Assembly: GCA_008369845.1 (NCBI GenBank)
Contig: MRSU01002382.1
Location: 1-52,272, forward strand
Origin: Trichomonas gallinae
Taxonomy: Eukaryota
DNA: 52,272 bases
Direction of reading: 5' to 3'
Shown here: positions 21,001 through 29,878 of the stretch, in pieces
How positions within the stretch are numbered: the stretch's first letter is position 1
Layout of the letters: each line of letters opens with the position of its first letter
Notes under the pieces: generated by a model
The model's input: only the letters and a program-made list of their open reading frames with translations
Databases searched by the model: none
Told to the model about the DNA's origin: nothing
Made by a program: the position numbers and the translations under genes

Positions 21001-23663
21001 GAAAGATCGTCAATGAGATGAAGTGGCAGAGAATTCTTCAAATTCATTACAATGTCATTCAGATCTGTAACTTTCTTGTTGAAGTCCATAATATTTATTG
21101 CATTGAACGGAATTGTTGTGATTATTGCGTCTATCTCTCTCCATTTAAGTACTGCGTCATATGCGACTAGTAACTGCTTGATTTCTTCTCTGACTTTGTA
21201 GAAATCTGATAAATCAGCGAGATTTACTTTCATTATCGTCTGCGATTTATTCAGCATGACAACTTCTGTCTCTAATGAGTTGATTTCGTTGAGAAGCTCT
21301 GTTGCTTTGTTCGCATCTTCAGGAAGTAAAACATCTTTGATGTCTGGAGGAGACTTCTTAAGTCTCTCGTCGAAGTCCATGATTTTCGCTTGAGCGGTTT
21401 TCAGTTTGTTTGAGAGCTGAAGGGTATAAGCGTTTCTCATTTGGTCAGCAACAGAATTCGCGTTCGTTTGGTCATAAACGAATTGCTTCAAAAGAGAGCC
21501 GAGAGGTGAGCGCTGTGTGCCGCGTGACGTGTGGTATTCAAGTGCATCAAGAAGATGGCATAATTCGTCGACAAAACTTGTTTCCATGTGTAAATATTTG
21601 CTGAGACTTTCCATTAAATCGTTGAACTCGCAATTTTCGACGTATTGTATCAAAGACTCTGGTTCTTTCTTTAAACGCTTAGAACAGAACCTGAAGATTG
21701 CTCCTATGTGCTCGATTTTGTTTTGGTACAAAACTTTTAAGCATTCTTTAATTTGTTGCATCGATCTTGCAGGAATTGGTGTTAGACACTGTCTGAGGTT
21801 CTTTGAGTTGATGTAGATGGATCCTTGAACTGTGCATGTCGTGAATTCGCTGATTCTTATGTCTTCTTGTCTAAATTTTTCAATATCATCACGAATTGTC
21901 CTGAAAATAACAATTTCTTCTTCAGCTGGGTTGTAGTTGATTGCTGCTGCTTTTCGATCGTAATCGCTTGCGAATTTCATTAAATCGAAATTAATACTTT
22001 CTCCACCGCGAACTTGGATGTATGTCTGAGGCGACCACTCTCTTCCACGAACAAAGATGTCGTAGAAGTTCTCGAAGCCCTTAGAATGCTCGTTTGACGA
22101 AATATACGAATCTTTTACAGATTCGATGATATTTCGCTTGATTGACGCGAATTCTTTGTTGCAGTCAGTAAACTGTTTGAATGTTGGCGCTTTATCGAAG
22201 TAATTCTCAATGTTTCCGTACTTTTTAATGAGATGAGGTCTAAATTTGCTGGAACCAATAATTCTAGGCAATCCATCAAGAATTGAAATGGACTGGTCGA
22301 GGGCCTGCGTTACAATGCTCAGCAGCTCATTAAGCGAAGGCGTGAAAATTACTTTTCCATTCGAATCATATGAAACTTCTACTTGAAAAATCGAAGAAAG
22401 AGACTGTAAAACGGAATTTTCGGCCTGTTTCCAGCATTTCAAGCAAAGCTGATGCAAATTTTCGAGAATAAAATAATCACAAATTCTAATAAAATCGCAA
22501 AAATCGAATGTTTCCTGTTGAACTTCAAGCGTTCGCTCTGCTTTGACTATTTTGATCTTTCTGGCGACTTCTGTTAAATATCCAAGATCTGGAAACATTT
22601 TTTGGCTTTTATCTACGTCGTGAATCTTTATATTGACGCGCTCTGGGTCAATGATGTCTGCGAGTAAATCTAAAATCGCTCCCATAACTTCTTGAAGATA
22701 TTCGCGATATTCTTTGTTAAGTTTTTCTTTATTAGTTGCGAGCGTGTTCTTGAATTCTGTGATTGTAAACTTTTTCTGTGGAATGAATGAAAGCAAATAA
22801 TTGTTTAAAATATCTGAACATGAAATATTAACTACTTCTAGTAAAGTTGTAAAGAAACTGGATTTCGCGAATAATGTTTTTGTGATTATCTTGCTTCTCA
22901 CCGCTGTGAATCGGCAAAATTGAATGTATTTCTTCCAAATTTGGAAATTTTTCCAATATTTGTAAAAATGGAAGAATCTTAACTTTCTGATAGAGCTAAA
23001 TGCCGCTCTTTCTAATGACCATACATCCAGTGGAACAATATCAGTATTTCCTGCTTCATTTACGTGAGTGACTCCGCTAGCTGACATTGTGAAGTATTCT
23101 GGTGTGATTTCTGCATGCGGTACCTTTTTTAATTCGTATGGATTGAAATTTTCGTCTGATCTCGGTTTTGTAAAAATAAGATAAATAAAATGATGACCTC
23201 CGCCATCTTTGTGCTTTGAAAAGTATGAAATGGGATCTTCTCTGAATCCCAATGATAATCTTTCTTCATTCGTCGATTCTTCTTGTAATTTTTGTGTTGT
23301 AACTGCTAAACTAGGCAATGGTTTTCGTTTTTGATTTGGTGTAAGCATAGATACGTATTCAATTGGCTTTTCGAAGTATTTGTGACCAGTAACAGGCCTC
23401 ACTGTCACTGCTTTTGATTTTGATCTTTGCTGTTGTCGACTATTTCGTATTGCACGTAATCCTGGCGTGTTATTGACATAAATTGTATCAGTATGCTCCG
23501 GGTTTAAATCTTTTAAGTCGTAGTTTTTGATTGTTTCATCAAAAATTCGGCCTTGAAAAAGAGATTCTTCTCCAATATTTTCAAGGGCTGTTTTAGGACG
23601 ACTCGCCGTGATTGGACGCACTTCCGCTGAATCCAAAGGCGTGTCTTCGGGAATAATACTCAT
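12084..23663 (-). CDS. Divergent axonemal dynein heavy chain (DNAH6/single-headed inner-arm-like) with degenerate AAA motifs
   Basis: 3859 aa. DNAH6-like N-terminus (HFIYL..FNPYELK..EYFTMSASGVTH..W..E...F..IRKLRFF..YWKNFQIW), linker (KRYIFPRLFFLGNNE), YGYEYWG, P-loops GPTGSGKK, GSSNSGKT, GPSLSGKS and GKDGIGRR, stalk coiled coils, AAA5 (RTPLISDFDG...HENFRVMLFT). Confidence 0.9.
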   Translation of the reverse strand: MSIIPEDTPLDSAEVRPITASRPKTALENIGEESLFQGRIFDETIKNYDLKDLNPEHTDTIYVNNTPGLRAIRNSRQQQRSKSKAVTVRPVTGHKYFEKPIEYVSMLTPNQKRKPLPSLAVTTQKLQEESTNEERLSLGFREDPISYFSKHKDGGGHHFIYLIFTKPRSDENFNPYELKKVPHAEITPEYFTMSASGVTHVNEAGNTDIVPLDVWSLERAAFSSIRKLRFFHFYKYWKNFQIWKKYIQFCRFTAVRSKIITKTLFAKSSFFTTLLEVVNISCSDILNNYLLSFIPQKKFTITEFKNTLATNKEKLNKEYREYLQEVMGAILDLLADIIDPERVNIKIHDVDKSQKMFPDLGYLTEVARKIKIVKAERTLEVQQETFDFCDFIRICDYFILENLHQLCLKCWKQAENSVLQSLSSIFQVEVSYDSNGKVIFTPSLNELLSIVTQALDQSISILDGLPRIIGSSKFRPHLIKKYGNIENYFDKAPTFKQFTDCNKEFASIKRNIIESVKDSYISSNEHSKGFENFYDIFVRGREWSPQTYIQVRGGESINFDLMKFASDYDRKAAAINYNPAEEEIVIFRTIRDDIEKFRQEDIRISEFTTCTVQGSIYINSKNLRQCLTPIPARSMQQIKECLKVLYQNKIEHIGAIFRFCSKRLKKEPESLIQYVENCEFNDLMESLSKYLHMETSFVDELCHLLDALEYHTSRGTQRSPLGSLLKQFVYDQTNANSVADQMRNAYTLQLSNKLKTAQAKIMDFDERLKKSPPDIKDVLLPEDANKATELLNEINSLETEVVMLNKSQTIMKVNLADLSDFYKVREEIKQLLVAYDAVLKWREIDAIITTIPFNAINIMDFNKKVTDLNDIVMNLKNSLPLHLIDDLSEKIDTIVPYLEVLETLANSKMNYNHWNILFEMCGHPKGYFQQIKIDELMQQGILAETAKIDDITATALGENQLEQEFKLLLQHWKEVKMPLDETQTKTDDTLMIGDIKDILKEIEGGKNTVQQMLSGQYVQGLKQQVLSLGATLDTFSNVLIAWKAFQENWIVLNVFFSKKDNAAPLQSLSSQFIGVRRRWMSLVRHASENLTLFHICEFPSILEMLRENNEFLITIMKGVLKFIDIKRYIFPRLFFLGNNEVMRLFTTTDFEQFNSIFSKMFMHVQRFETHSLDAPDTDVMKSAEQSFPRIKIYGMQGTSGDQLLLMKPINCAGGVETWGDQVLEQMTASVSNSLQDALYKYKNVKDGLWFANVSIYSMVIITLCQFTREIEECFDNFENNVRTFTDYRTKLKDHIRKYTQYLYDKKNIALFNKISTAITFINYQLYIIDKIIEYPSGFERRNFWENRLRLRYRSTTNQVEVWFGSKNFAYGYEYWGECPPLLICESKLTAIENICSAIASNNAGILLGPTGSGKKHLISTVAALFGKHIAFCPAYNDPSSVSVLRNIVGAIQCKSWIVFADMNRYSQSTLAMMIDIYRDYKSKSDLPINYDIGNYKVRLCDQFVLFATGPTEMRVPDTIRHEFAPIVINNIDAKQISMIMLASIGFRNSELLADRLVTASMRLLSIFDNFPTKGMVSNCLSIINISKEYAEVAKASENEDFVLSWAAFHHFRPFVDDNSVLMLEHIVYDCFYPTNEFNMFHIYLPNRLGSPIERRVDAIIEHVPKNDKYLYEKTYDFLKLLYSSKCTFVYGSSNSGKTTVINQAVDAINETEGELPLKLFEIYHASSTIQETFGYYEYAKDGHVYHDGLIAPILKEIRETPNSQFIIKFNGPITNEFSIYLAGLLCSKPQDVLMFNNYESFPSYLVRIVIETDNVEAINPQIVQFSKFLPLHDVQTVRHDPVPIFKRTKKYNNCPPEGLRHMRDEFYALLNPIIQKILLLASDLDTSYLSWIVDILPEYALTLAFKYIDRPSFNSDNADEVKCVLLHSIFLIYAPLLTYEVSSALNSWLVDKYQLQVPLDWAQFDVPKAYWDAFPKPSLRSMILKNTKFIPHSFANVGKVFEKREIDKDHMNLPDNIVVVLPEYIPYIFEFDLLLHIQIPIMIAGPSLSGKSMFIESYFRLHPEIMPLTIPVNSSSTGKSITQYIEKTLEMFRVAGVPVIEIPRLALIFDNLNSSNVCVMEYIRSLSTTKNRFLQNAIIIVTAKSYREFPARFISRFVVMSFSLLSIYTIDFVVNTVAQHLGVEPEFPQTAMNLIRNFPHRFHFMRILDCISVSIQKTRALSSDALEPAQILLGDFRFLLTHAMDFEELKTFNTCFRSIVTAPQVLGLYMTIMDGTKNVFPEHAKDSLTTIAYSGNPIELYREELEYVLGMQTTPADIAADTILFRPVIKDYVLLYRGTFLPGSSVILKGKDGIGRRTLSRFLAAAREMLYMEFDPNDPEKSKERFASIIWNSVLKTKEAVIFVPYAQLDNETRGHVNNIVFHYNSYELLGYEKYMNFLARYMEFTSSHISNIECSKKVAWEIHDKLHFVFSVPEDYNCDSLNVFPTVYMGRNQIEFSLLSGEDLLRSQGLKEYIQGDIPQLSTLFSRIYKLVSKVTPMTRFFDFMKNFKYIYRLVSFESNHLHHLANESINFVMTIENQVAQLEKEIKELEGCAENKDGEFEDKEAKLKEKKQSVRKRLNGIKEEEEKKKKEIEELDKKLSEAKNLAMESQRNASMALNKISSAPQNLNSFFTNRFFVRLFELLCFFCGDQPKFEPYGRQLATDANIKLTLQKRVSIIKLSNNAENAEKLITQNYEELTALSPFVEQLTDYAVEMCKACHATTDLQKSEEDTTAKKQSLNQVLENYQIEKDSIFEILHEIKLEEEDLSNNKSSYNEKNSDYNTLKEKRQGMDELVDKLSRLNDRWMILSSRESNSSMQNFGNAILVAFFMTYGGENFNLIDEVVKLLKDTQATLSSIHPHEIIGLIMGTLDIERDLKISDLNIALRYTLFTRLAFHASRTPLISDFDGYIFGCVMRTIPKPERIVVSMETSSIMDKFHEAAEKGHTLIIIDVKKLTTNLQYFLRMARSVDGKSTIDVGQRKVKIHENFRVMLFTPLPMAEIPSNLKCLVIPIDFVKFSNGFPRDVIERIFTVRYNPKELLTVADPSSVKVSKMLEINTTEKELLEVINDIRDNQKNDIHYVLVEDNDTFHSLLSLKKSFLSLISEEIDFEELSDRRKVVLHPYEAPVDIAESIWLALSRFLPRISNLYKFNLTEYTDMINEIIADNNDYDKLSPLIVSAVQKKYFHAMTMRDAIFFMLIASFFNNCRHGFSHENDLQTIIQHLQAEYDGKIQMFGTDSGRCSFDQMKFVNILGFYSLATRLITENFDPHSMDAIPLDQIPLDKPIVIVKHTNRTLKVYLDTDEDYEEFTFGVESDALATMKNAVVRARIHGSRIIVYYDSPSPSIAEFINDNIDAITTTPPHERFQLIISCSTSQYIPASAMSRLWLIQTREPICVVQTMKQIKDAVCDKQDSFQLYYAISTILSIQAVRAALKPCGLVDSQFINEELIRRLLERLKRDKLTVLAARKIAESVISNSFAYPDDAQKVISHIKKFINPDITDDIFTFTRSQISSISPWIIPKESKLYDETVSHLPIIPSVDVLGVDRTLWSVLESYSMSRWLAEPFTLLSRGPNADSTAKISSILVTIPSYVEIPLHLPASPAAVMARKEAKIYNDTIKAIKVSVQDPTPELHNYIANDICPPEWMKAARINTTVRIAAFFRALMARREFIEVCIKTQNLPRRIETNSCSDPRALVSAVCASIATNFSEPTCVFELERDPESPLSIDGISVVGWGFDPRSKNLITPTKITKPSTRLFTLHLRARPSSPELKIIPLLLTLGPNIPENFVCNVAIRGDISDEDITINGVCAVIHLPASLED

Positions 23664-25767
23664 ATTTTTAAAAAAAAACGTGTAAACAATTTTTTCATTT
23701 CCTTCATATTTATATTCTACTCATTTTATATAAGCATTTCGACTTAAAATTAGTCCTCAAAATAAAGTTTTTGATAAATTCAACTTTAATATAAATATAA
23801 TATCTAATATACAGCATCAGCTAAAGAATATAATGCATATAATCAAAGAAAAAGAGTCAAAACGTTTAAAATTAGATTTGAGATATTATTACTAAGCACA
23901 ACATATGTATGTTTGTTTTGTGTTGATTTATACTAGTAGAATATGTGGTAAATTTTCATTTTCAAAATGATAGGATTTAATTTTCAGTTATATGAAATTA
24001 TATGGCGAACCGCTTCAATTAATCTAATCAATTGTACACCAATTTATAAGTATAGACTGAATCAATGATGTATATATGTAATTCTCTTTACATTGTTTAA
24101 ATCAGAAAATCAAACCTAAACATGTATATTAATTCAAGATCTTAATGACTTATAAATTATATGGCTTATATAAATGAGTGAACAAATGTGTAATACTAAG
24201 ACTTCATAATTGAGAAAAAAAATCAAGATTGAAAAATTGCCTGTAGTTTTACTAGCAAGATAATGAGTAATGAGATGTATTGACAAAACAAAGTTGTATA
24301 TATTATCATGTATATCATAGCTTTACAAAGCTTTATTGAGTCTGAAATAATGGATGAAGAATATATTTGACATGCATACTTTGTCAAAAATGGTTAGAAA
24401 ATAAGTTTAACCACATCGTTGCCACTGCTAAACTAAATCGACAGCTTCTTCTAGCCCAGTATATTAATTTGGAAATCATGAGCAAGAATTTTCTCATTGT
24501 TATAATGACAACGTTGTTAAATAAGAAGTTTTTTGATTTAATATTGAAAAACTTATATAACTTAGACTAATTAATTGGAAAATGGTGAAATTTTTATTTT
24601 TTATGCAAAAATATTTTCGACAAAAAAAGATTGTTGAAAATTCTTGATAGTAATAGCAGATTTGTATTGTACTAATGTAAAATTGTTATATTTTTGATAC
24701 CAAGTCTAATGATTTTACTAATTCACCAAAATTATATCTATCGAACAAAAATATCTTAGTTTGGACTACCTCCTCATAGATAACTAAAATTTGGCTAGAC
24801 AAGTATAAAATTGAAAATAATCCAAAAAATACAAAATATCATCTCTTTTGAAGGTGCATAACAGCATAAACTGGTTTGACTAAGCCATGAAATAATATTC
24901 ATCCTAAAACATGGAATGTAACGTTGTTGTATTAGATAAATTTTTTAGTGGATAGCTATAAACAGGCTCTATACTGTCTGAACATGTGAACATTGTAATT
25001 TAGCCGGATGTCCATCTGATTTGAACCGACGTTACAAAATTGGCAGACATACTAGAAAATTCTTTATCGTCAATACTGTTTTTAAAACAGTCTTAGGCAT
25101 GCAATAAATTGTTCAAGAAATTTCGAGTCAAATAAAATGCCGCTGAAATTTTTGAAATTGAATTCGTAAATTGATGAAATATTTGTAGTTTTTCAGCATT
25201 AATTACAGATTTCATTATTGATTATAACAGGTCGAATTGTTTTGATTCAAATTGTCTCATTCTGTCTCAAAATAATTTATTTTGTAAATGTAAACTTCAC
25301 AAAAAACAATTCTACCTCAATTTTTAAATAGTTTATTTTTTCAATGCACAAAATATTGGTTATAATATTGTTATCAATAATATATGGATTTAAAATTTAG
25401 TGTTTTAAGAATCTGACATTTGACTAATTTTTTGAAAACCCGCTGTCAGATCCAGTGTAATTCTGAGGTAAATTTTAATTACTTCTTAACTACGATTTCG
25501 ATGAAAAATTTAAAAAAATCAATTAGCATGTGGATTTGGTTTCGATCTTAAAAATGTTTTCTTATCAAATTGAATAAAAAAACACCAAATCTTAAAAATA
25601 AACCCAATTGATATATGGATGTAAATCAGTTAAATTGAAAGTGTCAGATACGTCTTAACAGTTAAGGTCAATTTGCAGCGACAAGGTCAATTTTGGGAGG
25701 TTAATGGCAAAACCGATTGATTTGTGAAGTTATGATGTGATTTTTCATTAGATTTCTTCGTTTCCAG

Positions 25768-26133
25768 ATGATGGCCATGAATATGCATGACGCACAAATT
25801 CTATATGATCCTGATGATCTCATGTTCACATATAAATTGTTGTACTCAGAGTCGAAAAGAAACCAGTTGAATCAAAATAAGCATAAACCGATTTACATTC
25901 CAAACATTCCAAAGCCATCACGTAAAAGATACAGAGTAGAACCTAGAAAAGCACACTTACAACTTTGTCCAAAAGAATCTCAACCACAATCTCCGTCTCC
26001 ACAAGCTGGTATTCAAGAATCTGTTGCTATTCACATCGAACAGCCTCTGTTACGCAAGTATGAGAATCACATTCCTTGCGCTTTTTCAATTATTCAAAGA
26101 GGAAATATTCCATCTTTCGAAATGCCTTTGTGA
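25768..26133 (+). CDS. Small hypothetical protein (basic and Pro-rich central segment)
   Basis: 121-aa ATG-initiated ORF with higher GC than the flanks. TCATTA initiator-like element about 20 nt upstream. Confidence 0.65.
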   Translation: MMAMNMHDAQILYDPDDLMFTYKLLYSESKRNQLNQNKHKPIYIPNIPKPSRKRYRVEPRKAHLQLCPKESQPQSPSPQAGIQESVAIHIEQPLLRKYENHIPCAFSIIQRGNIPSFEMPL

Positions 26134-26999
26134 ATAATATATTTATTCTATAGAGTTGTATAAATAAATTGTTTGTTTAGAACTAATTAATTTTCATTAT
26201 TTAAAATTTGGATCGGAAAAATATATTATTTCTTTGTAAAATATAACTTTTCATTGGGTGTATGATAGTAAACATTTCATACATTCACGCAAAATGAAAT
26301 TATAATCAAAAATGATAAAAAATGAAATTTTTGTGGATTTGTGATTAGTACAACAATGGTAAGCTTAAAGTAATTTAATTTATATTGTGCTAAATGATAT
26401 TTATCGTGAAAATATTAAATCAAAATATTATTTGAACATCTGACTTTAAGATGAATGCTGTATGATCAGTAATTTGTTTTAAACAATATTTCATATAGAT
26501 ATGATTTAAAAATCAATATATTATTGAATGAAAATATATTACGAACGTTCCCTTGTTGCGGATTAACTGTATTTTCTTTGCTGATGAATTAATTGATTGA
26601 GTTGATCATAATAGATGTATTTGTGTCATTGAATAATTATCAATCGAATTTTGTGGAATTCAACACGTGAAATGAAAAGATATAATTGCTTGTGTAGTTT
26701 TTCTCGTATATTTATCATAAGATGATTGGAGTGTGAGTATTATATAACGATTTTGAAATATTAAATTTTGTGTTGGTTTTTGAGGGCCACTGTTGATGCA
26801 AAATGATACTATATTGATTAATTAACGGATTTTTTGGTTTTGTTCCAGCAGATTCCTGTTATTCTTTAATTTGATTTTTGAAAAGTGTCAATATGGTTAA
26901 TCGCTGCATGCGAACCTATAATTATGAATAATTTAACCGTTATAAAGGTGAATTTTTAAAAAGAATAAAACATAAAAAAAACTATAGAATTTTTTTTCC

Positions 27000-28706
27000 T
27001 TACTTGGATTGAATCTGGTTTTCATTTCTCTCCTTAATCCTTGAGTCGATGTGTATTTCTATTTCTCTTTCCTCGTGGATTGGACCGCGTTGAATCACCT
27101 TCGCAATTTGAGAAACAGGGTAAAAGTTGAACTCTTTGTTCTGCAATCTATAAATAATCGCGACTCTCTGTGAGAGTTTCCTAATTCTCTCCCAGTTAAT
27201 AAGGCCTTCAACGAAATGCGGCATATCATCTTCAGAGTTCTTTCCGTTCACGACTTCGATGTCCATATTAGGAATGGCGCTCTTCCATTCGTTGTATGCA
27301 TCCTTAAGTCTCTTTTCGTAATCTTGATCATCGAATAATTCACGAATTTTCTTCTTAAGGTCATCAGAGACCTCGCAGAGCTCCTGTATATCTGGCCTGC
27401 TCAGTACTTGCGAAAACACAGCTGCAGCAGCGAAATTGTTGAAATTCTTGAGATGTTCGCCAACATTAACTGCAGTAATGAATGTTTGTGCAGGATCATG
27501 GCTGTAAGCGATAGTATCCATGACAAGAAGCTGTAAGCGATCATGGAATAAGTTGAATTCGTTGAGTGTTGGTGTAGAAAATCTCTGATGCTTTGGTGAG
27601 AAAGCCAAGAAGAATTCGAGAGAGTGGATACTGGCAAAAACATCAAAGCTGAGGAGAGTAATCTGTCTAGCAACTTCTTTTGGATCTGGATCGAAAAGTT
27701 TGAGATCTGATGATAAAATAATTAATGGGTCGGGTATAATAGGCTTTTCTTTTTCGGGAGTAGCATATCCACCCTTCTGGCCGTAAGTAAGTGACGACAT
27801 CATATAGATTAAGTTTGTTGTGTATTTATTGAGTTTTCCGTATTGTGCAGTATCCTCTGATACTCCCTTCAAAAATTCTTGTATGATCTTTAATGTCTTT
27901 TTGCCGACGAACAAACCATGGAAAGTAAGCCATTTTTTGATGAGGTTGATGATATTCAGTCTAAGCTTTTCTATTTCTTCTTTATCAAGGTCATCCAGTA
28001 ATGTCGGGTGTCCCTTCAAGAAGAACAAGTGAGTTAAATGCTCGAAAAAGTGTTCTGAAGATGTGATTGAATGAAGTGATAAGAAAATGTGAGTGATATC
28101 ATCATCTGTAAGCATTTTTTCACGTACTGGGTGAACCATCATGACGACAATTCTCTTCAAAGACGAAGCTTTCAGTCCAGCAAACGACATTTTATCTGTA
28201 AAAATTGAATTAATGTTTGGATCCATGTATTCTTCCCAAATTTTCATTGGATCCTCTCTGTATGGCGAGGCATTGTAGTCTTCTTCATGTTCTTCCGGTA
28301 CGTAATGGTGATTTAGTTCTGGATAGACTTCCCAAGGATTGTCTCTGAGACCCAAAGCAAGGGATAAAATCATCCTCAGATCAGATGTCTCCCAGTTATC
28401 ATTGGGAGGATTTAAAAATTTATATCCTGACTCATCTGCTAAAACATCAGCCGTGTGGTAAAGTCCTAGGAGTTTCAAATGCTGTGAAATAAGGTTTAGT
28501 ACTTCATATCTGTTTGCCACGGATGTGTCTTGGATAGTATCAGCAAACAATACGTTGGCGAATGAGATTCCACCAGTTAAAGGAAGCAATTTTTCGCGTA
28601 ATACAGAGAGCTCAGGCTCCTTCTCGAAGATCTCGTTTATCCATTGACTCTTATCGACATCAGGATCGACAGGTTTGTCGCTTGTTCTGGATTCAGATGT
28701 CGACAT
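27000..28706 (-). CDS. LisH-RasGEF (LisH + REM/RasGEF_N + CDC25 domain) protein
   Basis: LisH (EVLNLISQHLKLLGLYHTADVLADES), REM (KASSLKRIV...IINLIKKWLTFH) and CDC25 (DPKEVARQITL, LKNFNNFAAA, GLINWERIRK). Start placed at ATG 28706, preceded by the initiator-like GTCACTTTTCTTCA. Confidence 0.85.
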   Translation of the reverse strand: MSTSESRTSDKPVDPDVDKSQWINEIFEKEPELSVLREKLLPLTGGISFANVLFADTIQDTSVANRYEVLNLISQHLKLLGLYHTADVLADESGYKFLNPPNDNWETSDLRMILSLALGLRDNPWEVYPELNHHYVPEEHEEDYNASPYREDPMKIWEEYMDPNINSIFTDKMSFAGLKASSLKRIVVMMVHPVREKMLTDDDITHIFLSLHSITSSEHFFEHLTHLFFLKGHPTLLDDLDKEEIEKLRLNIINLIKKWLTFHGLFVGKKTLKIIQEFLKGVSEDTAQYGKLNKYTTNLIYMMSSLTYGQKGGYATPEKEKPIIPDPLIILSSDLKLFDPDPKEVARQITLLSFDVFASIHSLEFFLAFSPKHQRFSTPTLNEFNLFHDRLQLLVMDTIAYSHDPAQTFITAVNVGEHLKNFNNFAAAAVFSQVLSRPDIQELCEVSDDLKKKIRELFDDQDYEKRLKDAYNEWKSAIPNMDIEVVNGKNSEDDMPHFVEGLINWERIRKLSQRVAIIYRLQNKEFNFYPVSQIAKVIQRGPIHEEREIEIHIDSRIKERNENQIQSK

Positions 28707-29878
28707 TGAAGAAAAGTGACAATTATATAAAAGTGACAAAAGATTTCATTTTAAAAAAGTGTCAACAAATTTCGCATTTTTTTCCTTTTTAAATTATTGT
28801 TTATATTGTTAATCTAATTTATTTTCCTAAAAATTTTGAGAAATTTATTTTTGACTTTAAAAATTTGGATTTATGATGATATTGATATGTACAATGTTTT
28901 TATGAAGTTTTGCGAAAATTTTATGAGGAATAAGAATGAGCTTGTTTTCTTCATAGATCAACTTAATTTCTATTTTCAATTTTAATCATCACATTATTTA
29001 TTTGATTAGCTTTAAAAATTTATTTTGATCGATGGAAATTTCGGTTAAATGATGTTCTCTCGGTTGTAACAAATATTTGTTGTATTTTTAATGATTTATT
29101 ATTATGTGGAATTGAGATTACCCTTATATTCATCGCAAAACAGCGAAATTTAAAAAATGGAAATCAAAAATTTTAAAAAACCATAAACAAACAGTACATT
29201 TTTCATATACATTTTTGCATTTTCACACTTCTCGAATGATTTTCGCTTAGTCGGTAAACGACAAGTCCTCATCGTAATTGCAATATATATGGACCACCGA
29301 ACTATATCCTATAGTTCCCATGAATATAGTATCCATACGTAATTATCCCTTGTTAATTCGTTATACAACATACATCATTCGTCTTTATGTCCTATACAAA
29401 ATAATACCAGCAACATATGACCTCATTTTCTTCGCCCATCATTTGGCTGATGTATTAAAAAATTATTTTATATAGCTTCATTCGCAGGAAAATGCATTAC
29501 AATCTATCGTAAATCATCGTTATCTTACATTCTATTGCAGAATCTCAAATTTAACATAACCAATTTGATTTACGTTCCTTTTTTTCGAAAAACTATACTC
29601 AACAATACCATAGTCTCAACCATTAAGTCCTTTTCTATATACAGTTTACGCCATTCTTCATACAAATTAAAGTTGATTTTTAATATCTTTTTGCATATTA
29701 CAATTTATATGTTTACTGATATTTATGAAGTCAAAGATTTAATAATAAGCATAGTTTTTGAAAATATAAATTTGAAATTTTAAATCTTGAGTTTTGAGAA
29801 AAAATTTCTGGTTAATTATGATTTTTAAGTCATGAAGAAGATGAAAATCATATTTAAATTAACAAAAAAAATTCATAA

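Noticed and set aside
29299..29317. Short hairpins GAACTATA-TCC-TATAGTTC (also TTCCTCT-ATGA-AGAGGAA at 30634-30651 and an imperfect stem near 52185-52209)
   Set aside because: Stems of 7-9 bp are expected by chance in 52 kb of AT-rich DNA; no supporting context.
29278..29783. Short ORFs in AT-rich spacers (also 5292-5501, 11941-12123, 24367-24570, 32473-32658, 38733-38933)
   Set aside because: Mostly non-ATG starts with I/F/Y/N/K-rich composition typical of translated intergenic DNA.
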